A stretch of DNA of 63,666 nt, filler included, from Octopus bimaculoides (GCF_001194135.2; 6 parts of 6 records of this genome joined end to end with filler, not necessarily neighbours in it); one strand, 5' to 3'. Positions 38,532 through 51,830 are shown, counted from the first letter of the whole stretch. The notes: generated from the letters alone by a model not told the origin. Numbers and translations: made by a program.

Positions 38532-39589
38532 TTTTGTCTTTCTTGAATCTATAAAATCAAATACCAGTCAAGTACTGGAGTCAATTTAATCAACCATCCC
38601 TCTCCTCTAAATCTGAAGTGTTATGCATCATCATCATCATCATCATGGGTTGGACAGTTTGACAACTGTCCAATCCATGCCAGCTAGCAAGTCTGAGTGC
38701 TGTACCAGGCTCCAGTCATCTATTTTGGCATGGTTTCCACAGTTAGATGCCCTTTCTAACACCAACCACTTTACAGAGTGTACTGTAAAATATGTGGCAC
38801 CAGCACAGGTAACAATTTTATTAATAATCAAGGGGTAATCAAACAGGAGGTTGCATTTACATATTTTAGATAAAGGATTAGAACTGTCCCTGATGTAGCA
38901 GTTAGCTTCACAAGGACTATGAGCACAGAAGCAGTAAACTCAGATGAAATAGTCAATTGACATTTCTAACTGTTGTCATCACATTTTATCTGGGCTAAGA
39001 TGCAGTATTTCAAAGCTAGTAGGGAGGGAGTAAGTTGTTAAATTGAACCGGTAAAATAGAAATGAAAAGTAGCCCTGAGCAAATGAGGAAGCCCTTTTTA
39101 TATATTCATGTATCTATTGCGTGGTTTAGTCTGAGGAAGGACAGCATCCACAACTATTTTCAGGACTTCCAAAGCTCTTGAGAAAAAGGGAGAAAGATTT
39201 TGATGCCTTTAGTCCGGACACCTAGTTTGAATGCTTGTGACAGAATAAAGGGTTAGGCAGTAGTGATAAACCAGGTGACAAGTAGTCTATCTGATGAGCT
39301 TTTGTATAGTTTCTACCATCCCAATTTCACACACAAGCCTCAGGTCAACCCAAGCCTATAGTAGAAGTTACATACCCAAGCTGCTTACCAGTGGAATCAA
39401 ATTTGGAAATATGTTATTGTGAAGTTAACTTCTTAATCATACAACTTTTCCTGAGTCTTAACTGTCAAATCTCTCTTGAATTCCACATTAAAGCTTGAAA
39501 AATGAAAAATACTTTTCATTAAAATGAAAAATACTTTGGTACCACTTACTGTCTGCTAGCATCAAATACTCAGGTGAGTGGATTGTTAT

Positions 39590-40230
39590 CATCCCTGTGG
39601 CTAATGTTGGTGGCCTACTCAGCTTGGATGAACTTTGTGTCTCCATTGCTCTCAGAATGGGAGCTGACATACGCACGGGTTTGATCTGTTGTTGTGGCAG
39701 GCTCCTCAACTCCACAGGCCTCCATAACCTTTCTTCTTGCCTGAATGTTGGTCGCTTCACGTGTTATACAGAGTTGAACCTGATACTCAAGAGGAGCTTG
39801 GCCGGGGCAAACATCCCCTCCATCTTGGAACCATCTGAAGTGTCCAGATGTGATGGGAAGAGAACTGACGGCCTCACCCTGTGCCCCTGGTCGCAAGGCA
39901 GATGCCTTGTCTGGGGTGTTACAGTTAGCGAGTCCTTTGCTTCTTCTCACATCCTAGATGCTGCAGTCAGGGCGAGATCCACAGCTTCTGTGGCTGAGCG
40001 GAACAAAATCCTGAAATAGCGCAACCTGTTAGCCAACTACAGTTTCCATCCTGTGACATTCGTGACGTTTGGTGGGGTTGGACCACTAACTGCAAGTTTC
40101 CTGTCTTCAGAGGCAACTGGTGAGGCTCGTGAGGGCGCTTGGCAGTTCTGGCGCATCAGCCTCGCCAGCACACTTGCAGCGCCTCAACAGCCACTAGAGA
40201 GGTTTACCAACGCCCCCAATTTTTCGACCC
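39590..40230 (+). mobile_element. CRE-clade (restriction-like endonuclease) non-LTR retrotransposon, 3-prime fragment
   Basis: CCCG...GLHNLSSC zinc knuckle; IPSILEP, RCDGKRTDGLTLCPW and LVWGVT match the PD-(D/E)xK-type REL domain pattern; stop at 40017-40019. Confidence 0.72.
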
Positions 40231-42204
40231 AAGGTGGTGAATTGTTTTGGTTTTTTCTTTTTTCTCTTTAATTTTTTTTTTCAATTATGTTCTGTATTTT
40301 GACCAATTTTGTAAAACGGTAAACACTGTGAAGGCAATTAACATAAGTGAACAATAACAAAAGAAATAGGTTAGAAAGAGCAAACACTCTTTCAATTTAC
40401 GTATTACAACAGGTAATACATTTGATTTGCATGGACACTGCACTAAACCATATCATCCACTCGATCGATACACAGGAAAGCAATTGTTAGATTAATGTCT
40501 CGCAAGGGAAAGCTTTTAAATAGCCTGTTTCATTTAGAAAATCTATTAATCTACATAAAATTGTGTTTAACATAAAGCCCAAGTTTATATTTTAAACTTT
40601 GGCTAATACAATAGGCCTGGATATACTATCTGCCGGGAGCAGGAGGGGGGGGGGAGAGAGAGAGGGGGGCGAGACGACCATGGCTGGAATGTCTTTGATC
40701 TGAAGTTTGTTCGATCAGAGATGATCTGGACTTCAACAATTAAAAATGTTCTTATTGAGAGTCGATGTAATTAGCAGAGCTCAAAAACGATACAACGGTA
40801 TCTTCTACTGATATGACGGGGGGTGAAAAGATAGATAAAATTATTTCCAACAATATAGTAGAGTTGATTCCCACTATATGACTTGTACCGAACTAAAAAA
40901 ATAAATAAAGATCAAGAATTTCAGAAATTAGCGTTAAAAGATTTTGGTATTTTCATTCTTTAATCTCTCTCTTTCTTTGTCAAGTTCAGTTGTCGTAAAT
41001 GTTTTTGTCCGTGGTGACTATTTAAAAGTAAAAACATTAATTACTCTATAATATAACCAAGCTCGATTTCAACGGCTTTTGTTGTTTTGCCCAAGGTCAG
41101 TTGTAATCGACAGACCTATGATCAAAAACCTTCCAACAATGACCAACCCATCATTTTTCCAGGTACACTATATCAAGAATTACAGCATCCAAGGTGTCTT
41201 TCTTTCTCTTCCTATTTGTTTAAAGATGGTAGAGCGTGATTTGGAGATTGACTGTTATTTCTAGCAGGTATAGCAACACATAAAGGTATCCACGTTGGCT
41301 TGTCTCTGTTACGTTGTTTTGTTTAATAGATTAGCTGAAAAATCAATTTGAAATTCGCCAAACGTGTTTTTAGTTTTGGTCTTCCATTATAATTAATTCT
41401 ATTCACATTTAGGATACTTTATGGAAAATATTATTTCGCCCTCCAGAAAGACGAAAGGTGAAGTTAATCTCCGATGGCAGTTGGGGTACAACAAGGGCCA
41501 TAATTAGACGTCTAATACCCTAGCGATCCACCGGGACGGATCGGTTAGGTAGTCATCTATACAAACGCTCGTATTTACCAATATATACATATATACACAC
41601 ACGATGTCGACTTAAAGAGGGGGAAGCCCAATGCAGTCATTCGACTATCGTAGAGGTTACCTGAAATACATTATCTACCGTCTTCATAAGAACAGTTGGA
41701 TAATGTAGGCCTAAAAACGCTACATATAATGCGGGATAGACATAAATGGAACGCCTTTGATTCATAGGTCTACTTGATCATGGTTGACCTGGGGCATATA
41801 ATAGTAATGCAGTCGATTCTGTAAGCTATGTCTTTTAAAAGACGGAGGTAGTATAATGGTAAACGCAGTTACAGTAAAATGCAGCTGAATCCCAGACAAG
41901 CGCTGATCGAAACAGTCTCATGATGATATGACATTCCGTTCGTGACCATTCCGTCTCTTTTGTTTGTATTTTATTTATTTATTTTTAGATATAGCGTTCT
42001 AGGGTCACATTACGAAATCTGTGCGTGCGTTTTTTACTTTGGTTCTTTTATTTAAGACCATAGTGTGTGATTTGAGAGGAACTTGGCTATAACTATTTTG
42101 TTGACTATGTTGAGAGGGTCATATACATGAAGCAGAGGTAGTAAGTTATAAGATAAAAGATTGGTTAACAAACATAGAAGACAAAAAAATTAAGGAACTC
42201 TTAC

Positions 42205-42353
42205 AGCTTAAATTTTACTGGTTCGTTCGGAAGCACCTTTAGCTTACACTCAGCAAGATCTATGAACTGAGAATATCGATTCATTGCTTCCTCACGTCTG
42301 CCATAACTGGCCAGTTCTTCAGCATTCTGAAACATGGTGGCGATGTCTTCCAT
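42205..42353 (-). CDS. Probable first coding exon of a TPR protein (TTC32-like)
   Basis: aaaATG start; A8-L11-G15-A20-Y24 TPR spacing in MFQNAEELASYGRREEAMNRYSQFI; GTAAGA donor at 42204; no downstream exon found. Confidence 0.55.
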
Positions 42354-43989
42354 TTTTGTGAAAACAACAGAAGATAAAGAAAATCCTTTAGAAATAAGCT
42401 GTCGACGAGGAAATATCAGTTGTCTACTGATAGCTCTGGAATTATAATTAGTTAGCTGTTTGACCAGGAACATTCACGCACTAAATAGATAAAACAAATG
42501 AAGAAACATGCTCGGAGAAAACCGTCAACAAAGCGTCACCGTTTGTTGGTTATTCAAGAATTATAGAATGAAGCAGCCGAATCATTCGCTTATTCCGATC
42601 TACTATTCTGTTTTTGTTCGAAAATTTATTCTTTTACATTCTCTATTCTCGGAATGTATTCGTGTTCAGTGTCAAATTAAAGAAAAGGATGAAAATTGTC
42701 AAAAGCTTTATCATAATCAAATGCGACTTTGCAGAAAAATATTTTATCAAACAAAATTATATATATATATATATATATATATNNNNNNNNNNNNNNNNNN
42801 NNNNNNNNNNNNNNNNNNNNNNNNNNTTAATTAATTAANNNNNNNNNNNNNNNNNNNNNNNNNNNNNNNNNNNNNNNNNNNNCGCTAAAGTGGAGAAGAT
42901 GAAAAAAATGCGTGCGCGGGGTAGATATCTATGGAAGCCCAAAAGAATTTTTTGTTTGTTTTTTAATAACTCATTTTCGAATTGTTTACATTGAACTGAC
43001 AATGCCAATCCTATTCCATTGTTCTTAGCTGACTTTATTTGTTGGTCAGCGCACAATGTCATGTTTGTTGCAATGAACACAGCACAGTATGTTTATTATT
43101 GGTATTTTCTTTCCCTATCCACCACACATTAACAAACAAAAAAAAAAGAAGGAAGAGAATAATTGAAGAGCAAAATCAGATTTATTTCAATTTCAAGTAA
43201 TTAAGAATATTTACAAAGAATAACGAGATCAGAACTCAAGATCCTGGGCCCTCAAAACTGAGATGACTGTGAGCTCCATTGCTTCTGTTGGTGTACTGTC
43301 GGTTCCACGTGTGCAAAGTATTATTGTGCTTCTGGTATTCTGGAGGAAATTCAGGTAGAACGGTTCCCACTGCCAATGATCTTGTGTTGGTAGCTCTACA
43401 GGAGTCCTCTCATGGCTGATAATGCTGTGGAAAGGACTGAAAATACAGGCAGATTAGCAACTGGCAAAGAGTAACTGAACGACAGTAATAATAATAATAA
43501 TAATAATAGAGGTAAGAGAACTTACAAAGAAAACCTGATCAAGAATAATGCGTGTAACAAAATTCCAACTATTCAAGGACAGAGATGAGAAAACTAAGAC
43601 CAGGACGAATAATTAAGACCCCTTTTTAATCTAAACCTATAGGTTTCGAATATACCGTGACTAACTTTTCACTCAGCAGAGATAACTGTTATGACTTATA
43701 ATATCCTGTCATTTATTCCTTTCAACAATAGTAAATAATAGATAAAAATATCGATATCTTCTTTTGTATTGAGTAGGAAAATGCGGCATAGAGTCGAATG
43801 ATGTTCATAGATGGATGCTGTCTATTTAATCTAAAAGAATGTTTCTTAATTGTTGGACAGCCATAATTAACGGATTAGATGGTGAGCAGAAATAAAGTTT
43901 GAATAAAAAGCCTTCTTTGAACTGGTTTATGACCATACTCATAGGTGCGAGTGTGGACAAACACAAATACATACATACTGGCGTCTATA

Positions 43990-44867
43990 TGGGGGTGTCC
44001 CAAACAATTTCACATAATCTCATCATTTAATAACATGAACAATATTCGTCCAAATTGTTGCAAATTTTAGCAAGTATCTCTAGAATTCAAGAGACTTTTT
44101 AAAAACGATCATTCGTGTGTTTTGCTTTTCAGGATTAGACATGTCGTTTATTGCAACAGAAAAGGGGTTTTATGTATTGAAGTAGGCCCAGTCAAGCATG
44201 CAATGGGTATTTGTTAGATTTCATAAATAAGCACCAACAGGGAAGCATATTTGGAGGTGGCATAAGAAGTTTCAAGAGGAAGGCTGTTTGTGTTAGATAA
44301 AAATAGATCTGGATGGCCGGCAGTTTCAGAAGAGATGGGGAACCAACTTCGGGAAATGCCTAGTTGGAGTCCAAAGAAATCTGTGCAAAGATCAAGCCTA
44401 GAAACCTGTCAACTATTTGGCGTGTCATAAGAAAACGCTTGTGGCTGACCCCTACAAACTTTAGCTTGACAAGCAAAAGTGTAAAACATTCTGTAAAGAT
44501 ATACAAAAGAAATTTTAAGATGATAACTTTGAAAACCATCTTCTTTTCAGTGACAAGGCCACCACATTCCATTTGAATGGCAAACTGAAAAGCAGAATGT
44601 TTGCATTTGGGGGTGAAGAAAATTCACACGACACAATTGAACACGGAAAGGATTCACCAAAACTAAATGTGTTCTGCGCCATCTTAAAGAACCGTAATAA
44701 CTTTGGAACATTATAAAATTATCATCTCACAGAATTTTCTGTTGGAAATCTGTAGAATAAAATTTGTTATGTTCAAAATTAAATCTATTAAGTTTCATTT
44801 CTCTTGACTGTGTAATCACTCCAATATGGACATCTCCAATGATGCCAAATTGTTTGGGGACACCCTG
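43990..44867 (+). mobile_element. Internally deleted mariner/Tc1-superfamily element with both TIRs
   Basis: gggtgtcccaaacaatt (about 43993) and aattgtttggggacaccctg-TA (44848-44869); residual TIFFSDKATFHL text. Confidence 0.75.
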
Positions 44868-45116
44868 TATCTCTAAATATATACAGACATTGCTACATAA
44901 CACATATGCATGTACAGAAATGCACATACGTACATATATAGACACAATATAATAATTATACATACAAATTGCAATTATAAGACATTAAATGAACGTCTAT
45001 ATACATTCACAAGTGTACATAAATGAATCATAATAAATGCTTGTAGTCATCATCATCATCGTTTAACATCTGCTTTCCATGCTGGCATGGGTTGGACGAT
45101 TTGACTGAATAATAAT

Positions 45117-46600
45117 AAAGTCCAGATGTGAATCAAAGAAATGGACTTTTAGTGACATCCAACAGCCCATTGCAGCGTAGGAGTCTAGAAGACATTTCAC
45201 TCCATTTCTAAACTCTAGAGATCTCTTGTTGCCTAGGAAATTTTCATAGAGCCATTTGAAGGATTCCCAGGCTTTAAGCTCAATCTCATCCAGTGCTGTG
45301 AGGAAGTGGTTGTCCTTCAAGAGTTCTTTTTATCTGCGGACCTATGAATACACTCTCCTTCAGTTTTGCCTTGGTGATTTTTGGAAATTTGGCCTTCACA
45401 TATTCAAAACCTTTTGAGCTTTTCCTGGCAAGTATCTTCACAAATTGTTTCATGAGACCAAGCTTTATGTGAAGAGGGGGAAGAACATTTTCTGGGTTTA
45501 AAAGTGGCTTGCTCTGGACGCTAGAAACTCCCGGCTCATATGATTTTCGCAAAGGCCACTCTGATTGCACATAGTGCTTGTTAGTTGCACAACTGTCCCA
45601 TAGGCATAAAAAGCAACAATATTTCGTGAACCCAGATTGCATTCCCATCAACATTCCAATCACCTTCAAGTCTCCACATATTTTCCAGCTGTAGTTTGTA
45701 TAGTTTATGGCATTGAGGAGTAGTTGCATGTTTTCATTGCACTCCTTCCTGTGCACAGAATGTCCTATGGGAATGGATGGTTTCTTATTGCCATTGTGTA
45801 GTAGTACTGCCTTGAGGCCTCTCTTAGATGAGTCAATGAATAAGCGCCATTCAGCTGGAACATGCTCTTGGAACAATCAGCGAAATAACTCATCAGTGTT
45901 ATTACTGTAAGAAAGTGGTCCATCAACAGAGAAGCATGAAGTCAGATCCCTATTTCTCTTCCTGAAATGAGTAAGACAAACATCTTTATTAAGCAGGCAA
46001 GATGCTAATAGTTCAGCTTTATCCTTTCTTCAATGACAAGTCTCTGACTAAATCATTTAACTCTCCTTGAGACAATTTCTGTGGTACATCTTCATTTTCA
46101 ATCGTGAAACCTGCATCCACTTCAGTGTCTTCCACTGCAGTAGTATTTTCGTCAGCAAATACATCTTCGTCAGACATCTGAAGGCCATTTTCTGGTGGTA
46201 TTGGAATAGGAAGATCATCATCGTTGTGTGGTACTGGTCTTCTTGCTGATTCCAAGTTGGGAGACACAATCTTATGCTTGGTCTTTACAGGAAACCCACA
46301 AACATTAACATTGCAGAAATAACAGTCCATGAAATGATCCTTTGGCTCTCTCCATATCATAGGTATTGCAAATGGCATTGCTCTCTTCCTCTTATTTAAC
46401 CAATCCCTTAGTCCATATGAACAAGCTGAGCAGATTATGTGCAGGGCCCAACTCTTATCTTGATCCCCGAGAGAGCAGCCAAAGCATAACTGGTAGACCT
46501 TCTTGATTTCACTTGTGAAGGCACGTTTCTGAGCTTTGGTGGTAAATGAACCACAGACATGAGAAAATATCTCAGGACTGTGCTTGCAATGCCCTGACAT
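45117..46600 (-). mobile_element. Chapaev-like (CMC superfamily) transposase pseudogene, C-terminally truncated
   Basis: N-terminal Cys/His motifs with GDQDKSW and WREPKDHFMDCYFC; WRLFIDSSKRGLKAVLLHNGN, CGDLKV, PPLHIKLGLMKQFVK and SHLDF; frameshifts. Family name from memory. Confidence 0.7.
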
Positions 46601-46789
46601 CCTGAGTAGAATTTGATGATGATGATGATGATGATGACTTGGCACTTTAAACAGAAAGTAAGATTTATGAAAAGAAAAGATTATGAAAACAAAATTACAA
46701 AATGAATACAAATAGTTATAAAACAGGAGTCAGTATTTACCTGTATAAGACGTTTACGTGTAGCGATACTGCTGATGGGAGTTGTATAC

Positions 46790-47560
46790 TTCTCTCATCT
46801 CATCAGAAAAACTGTGCCTGATAGAAGGAAACCGGTTACATTTTTGAAATCATCTGCAGACAAAACTCCATATAAAACATCATATAATATCCCTGATGAA
46901 AACTGGCTGTTGACCAGTGGAATGGATTTAAAGTTTTCAGCCCATCTTTTCAGAATTTCATCTCTGCTACTTAATAGTTTTGTTCCACTGTTAGAAAGAA
47001 GAGATTCTGTACCACCTTTCCTGGGGTCAAATACACCTTTCGGTTGCCATACAGGGCTCTCAGTGTGAGACTTAGCAGCCTCTTCCAATTCTTGGGCATT
47101 TTTTTTTTTTTCTGTCCACCAAGAATTTTTCACCTCACACAATATTTTCCCCCATTTAGTTTTCTTAGAGGGATATAAGAATCTGAGTGTTAGTGAATTG
47201 TTGCCCAAGGTCCATGCCTTGTGCCTCTTGTGCAAAGTTTCTAAGAGACGTTTGATTTGAGAATCATTCTCATCAAACAAATTTTGGTGTTGGCATCTGA
47301 TGAATCCCAGAACTTCTTCAGCAGATGATTTCTGAGGCTCTTACAAACATTCTGCCACAAAACTTCAAGCTCATTGCTTTCCTCTATTTCGGCAAGCTTT
47401 CAATTTAAATGCATATCAGAATTCGTTGTTGTTTCTGGAATTTTTAAAGAAGAAACGGTTATTCTTAGATGTATAACTGAATCCCAGTGGCCCCTTAGTA
47501 TTTAACAAATACCTTACTGTGCACCATCCTGTGATCAGGGGTTTTGTGAGTTCTGTTTAA
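46790..47560 (-). mobile_element. RTE-BovB-like LINE ORF2 fragment
   Basis: DHRMV, FDENDSQIKRLL, NSWW and EILKRWAENF linker motifs. Confidence 0.72.
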
Positions 47561-47886
47561 TCTGAAATCACTGCAATTCTTGTTCTTTGTTATAACACAA
47601 TCAAGCACGTGCCAGTTACTAAATCGGGGATGCTTCCAGATGTTTTTATGTTTATCTGCCAGCTGAAACACTGTGTTTGTAATTGTTAAACCAAACTTAA
47701 TACAGCTTCATTTGTTCTTGTCTTTTCCCCACTTTTTTTTTCTTTAATCCTTGTGTCTTCTCCTTCAAACACTCGTACATCAAAATCGATGGGAGCGACC
47801 ATCATTATTAATGTTATTGCAACAAATATTAATTAGGTACACATGCTGCACTGTATTTGCCACAACTTGAATTTTAACCTGGACAG

Positions 47887-48810
47887 TCACTGTCCACATA
47901 CATGTGTGGTTAATTGACTTCTTCCAGAGAATGATTTACCACAGATAGGACAATGATACGGTTCCTCTCCTGTATGAATACATTTGTGTTTAGTCAAATG
48001 ATCTTTTTGAGAGAAAGACTTTTCACAGACATCACAGTCGTATGGTTTCTCTCCTGTATGAGTGCGTATGTGAACAGTTAAGTGACTTCGTAGGGAGAAT
48101 GATTTACCACAGATTTCACAGTGATATGGTTTCTCTCCTGTATGAATACGTTTGTGCGTAGTTATGGCACTACTTTCAGAGAATGATTTACCACAGATGT
48201 CACACTGATATGGTTTCTCTCCTGTGTGAATAAATTTGTGTCTACTTAAATGACTTATTTGAGAGAATGATTTATCACAGATATCACAGCAATATGGTTT
48301 CTCTCCTGTGTGGATATGTTTATGTCGAGTTAAGTTACTACTTACAGAGAATGATTTTCCACAGACGTCACAGTGATATGGTTTCTCTCCCGTATGAATA
48401 CGTTTGTGTTTAGTTAAATGAGTACTTTCAGAGAATGATTTACCACAGATATCACAATGGTATGGTTTTTCTCCTGTATGAATACGTATATGAGAAGTTA
48501 AATCACAACTGCCAGAAAATGATTTACCACAGATATTACAGTGATATTTTCTCTCCCCTGTATGCATATGTCTGTGTTTAGTTAAGTAACCTATCTGAGA
48601 GAATGTTTTACCACAAATATCACACTGATACAGTTTCTCACCTGTATGTATACGTTTGTGATTAGTCAGGTTACGTTTTTGGGAGAATGCCTTTTCACAG
48701 ATATCACACTGATATAATGTTTTTTCTTCCTCTTTCTTTACGTCATCAGTGAAATTAATCTGTTTAGACATTTCACATTTAATATTGTTCTCAAAGAATT
48801 CAATTTCCAT
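47887..48810 (-). CDS. C2H2 zinc-finger protein, 307 aa, nine complete fingers plus a truncated tenth
   Basis: Uninterrupted ORF of CxxCxKxF...HxxxH repeats, most with HTGEKP linkers. Confidence 0.93.
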   Translation of the reverse strand: MEIEFFENNIKCEMSKQINFTDDVKKEEEKTLYQCDICEKAFSQKRNLTNHKRIHTGEKLYQCDICGKTFSQIGYLTKHRHMHTGERKYHCNICGKSFSGSCDLTSHIRIHTGEKPYHCDICGKSFSESTHLTKHKRIHTGEKPYHCDVCGKSFSVSSNLTRHKHIHTGEKPYCCDICDKSFSQISHLSRHKFIHTGEKPYQCDICGKSFSESSAITTHKRIHTGEKPYHCEICGKSFSLRSHLTVHIRTHTGEKPYDCDVCEKSFSQKDHLTKHKCIHTGEEPYHCPICGKSFSGRSQLTTHVCGQ

Positions 48811-49582
48811 AATTTTTCGTCTCTCACCACAATTTACAAATAATTCTCTTTGTTTTCGTTTTTTATTTCCTTCCTAACAAATATTTCTTCTGCTATATTT
48901 CCTTCCAACATCTGTGCTCTTTGTTGGGATTTGAATGTACCACAAACTTCATTTTTGTCCAAATTTATTCAGAAAGCCAAATCATCTTGTATGGCTATTT
49001 TGCAAATAATCTCAGCTCAGAGTCAATATTTCACAGTAATTCTACCACAGATTTATATAATGAATGGTTACGTTCGTTCTGTACGACATCTTCCGTTTGT
49101 CTTTAAAAGATGGATAAACATTGATGGATCTCAGGTAAATAATATTCTTTTACGCCAATATCATTTGATATTCTGAAAGAAAAGAGAACAAAATAGAAAA
49201 TACAGAGGAAACTTAAGAAGCAAACATCTCATTACATTTCTTCCGTAGAGATAAACTGAAGAGATAAATATTCACTTGAAGAACTGATCTCATCTACAAC
49301 ATCCATTCCTTTGCAGGCCTAAAAAAGATGTGTGTGTGTGTGCTATCACATGGTTTCAGGTTCAACATGCTGGGCAGTAGGAGGAACAGCATGATTGTCA
49401 CTGCACAGCACCTTATGCAAATGCCTTTCACTGTAGTCTTGGGCTAACCACCAGCTTCAGTGAACTCGGTAGATGGAAACTGAAACAACACTGTTGTATG
49501 TATTTCTATGTCTCTACATATACACAGATACATACGCATATATATATATATATATATATATACTTGCAAAAAGGACGTGTGC

Positions 49583-49620
<38 letters not shown>

Positions 49621-49718
49621 NNNNNNNNNNNNNNNNNNNNNNNNNNNNNNNNNNNNNNNNNNNNNNNNNNNNNNNNNNNNNNNNNNNNNNNNNNNNNNNN
49701 NNNNNNNNNNATATATAT

Positions 49719-49771
<53 letters not shown>

Positions 49772-50554
49772 TATATAAAATCATTTCAAATTTAGCGATG
49801 TTGGACAAAAGTTGTAAAGTTTATATGCTAGAAATAAAGGAGAATGGGGACTAAACAGTGTATAGAAGTGACCTTAAAAAATACAAACTTTCTCTTTGAG
49901 TTGAGGTTAAGATTTAGGGGAATAACGATAACTGAAATGCAGAGTGGAAAGGAAAACTGAATATATTGAGGCAACAAAGGGCAATGTTAGCTAAAGCAAG
50001 TTTTTCAACTCACTATATTACATGTAATAAACTACCATATACGAATTAAGACAACATCGTTACTTTAGTAAAAAAGTTTTTCTTAATTTTCCTTCCTTTA
50101 TCTTTGAACACATTAAAACAAACAGATGAAGTAGGAAGAAGACACGACCTATACAATGTAGATGTTGTTTCTGTTAATAATACTTACATATTAATATAGA
50201 GCCAATGACGAAGATGTCACGATAGATTCAAGTAGTCACAACTCAGACTGGACAATGACAGCTTTGACATTTTACAACAAACCTTCATTTAGATTTTTCA
50301 CATCGACATCGTAAAGAATGTTGTATAGATTTCTTTCCACAGTTAATTAGCAATCAACACTAATTGGATCATCTTAATTGTTTATCAACAACAGCAGAGA
50401 ATCAACAGAATTATTTTGGAAGTGTTAAGTCTTTAAATACATCCACGTTTCCTTCAAATAGATTTTATCTTCTAAAAGACGGAGATTTGATTCATTCTTA
50501 ATGACTGCTTGAAATTCTAATGTTATCCATCGGGTAGAAATATTTCTCTGTAAA

Positions 50555-50703
50555 TTACGTTCTGAGTTCAAATTCCGCCGAGGTCGACTTTGCCTTTCAT
50601 CCTTTCAGGATCGATAAATTAAGTACCAGTCGCGTACTGAGGTCGATCTAATCGACTGCCCCCCCCCCACTCCTCCACCCCACAAATTTCGGGCCTTGTG
50701 AAG
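50555..50703 (+). mobile_element. 5-prime-truncated tRNA SINE with a 16-bp flanking direct repeat
   Basis: aatatttctctgtaaa at 50539-50554 and 50704-50719. Confidence 0.85.
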
Positions 50704-51404
50704 AATATTTCTCTGTAAAGTCTTCTGCAGTTAATTAATCCTTGTTTCATACAATTTCATTGACGTTTCCCAATATATATGCAATCGTTAAACAATCGAG
50801 GATTTTGGATATTTCAATAAAGAATTACAGACACAAATATAATATTTCAATAAAGACTTACAGACACAAATATTCGTCAACAAACAACACAAAAATAATT
50901 CGCCATAATGAAGACTCACCAATGTCCGGGGGGTACCGCTGAAATAAAAAGTACTTCCCTCAGATTGGTATATCATAATTATTTTTTATTTGATGCAAAT
51001 TGAAAAAAACTTTCGTAATCTTCCAATTATTGTACGTATAAAATGGCACAAAATGAAAGTAAAATTATTTTACATGGGTTAAAGATAACAACTAAAGAAC
51101 TGTTTGGTTATAATCGCCACTTTCCGGTATAAGCCGACAATTTACGCAGATATCAAAAAATGTCTGTTTTCTTCAATATTCAATTTATTTTAAAATTATT
51201 AAATTATTAAACCATACTAAGAATTAAATTGGAACTGAAATGCAATACCAATTATGGCATTTTAATGTGGACTGCATTTCTTAATTGTTAGTAATAAACA
51301 TAGAAATGGTAAAAGTATGATTTATTTGATAATTCTATTTAATTTTATTTTTAATGATGGTAATTACATTATATTTATCATGTAATGTTTTTTTTGAGTG
51401 TAAG

Positions 51405-51830
51405 GTTGGGAGTTTGGTTCCTGGCAGCATGTCATATCCTTGAGCAAGACTTTATTTCACATTGCTCCAGTCCACTCAGCCTGTAAAAATGAGTTATACC
51501 TGTAATTACAAAGGGATGAGCCTTGTCACATTCTGTGTTACACTGAATCCCCATGAGAACTCCGTTAAGGGTACACGTGTCTGTGGAGTGCTCAGCCACA
51601 TGCACGTTAAATTTGTGAGCAGACTGTCACTCAGATCAAATCAACCGGAACACTTGTCATATGTGATGGAGAGCCAGGCCAGGCCCGCAAATTTGACCAT
51701 ATTTCATTTCAAAGACTTGGCATCGACCTGCAATCAACTGGTGACCAAGTGTCACCATATGTAACACTTGTTCAAGATATCCTGCTATGATATTGAACCT
51801 GGAACCTCATCGTTGTGAAATGCACTTGTT
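51405..51830 (+). mobile_element. SINE with a conserved central domain (Meta/CORE-type)
   Basis: ccttgagcaagac...gctccagtccactcagc...aaaaatgagt; same core on the minus strand near 58570-58625. Confidence 0.6.

Noticed and set aside
42205-48810. Functional clustering of the TPR exon, orphan exon and zinc-finger gene
   Set aside because: An artificial spacer at 42783-42882 separates them, so adjacency is unproven.
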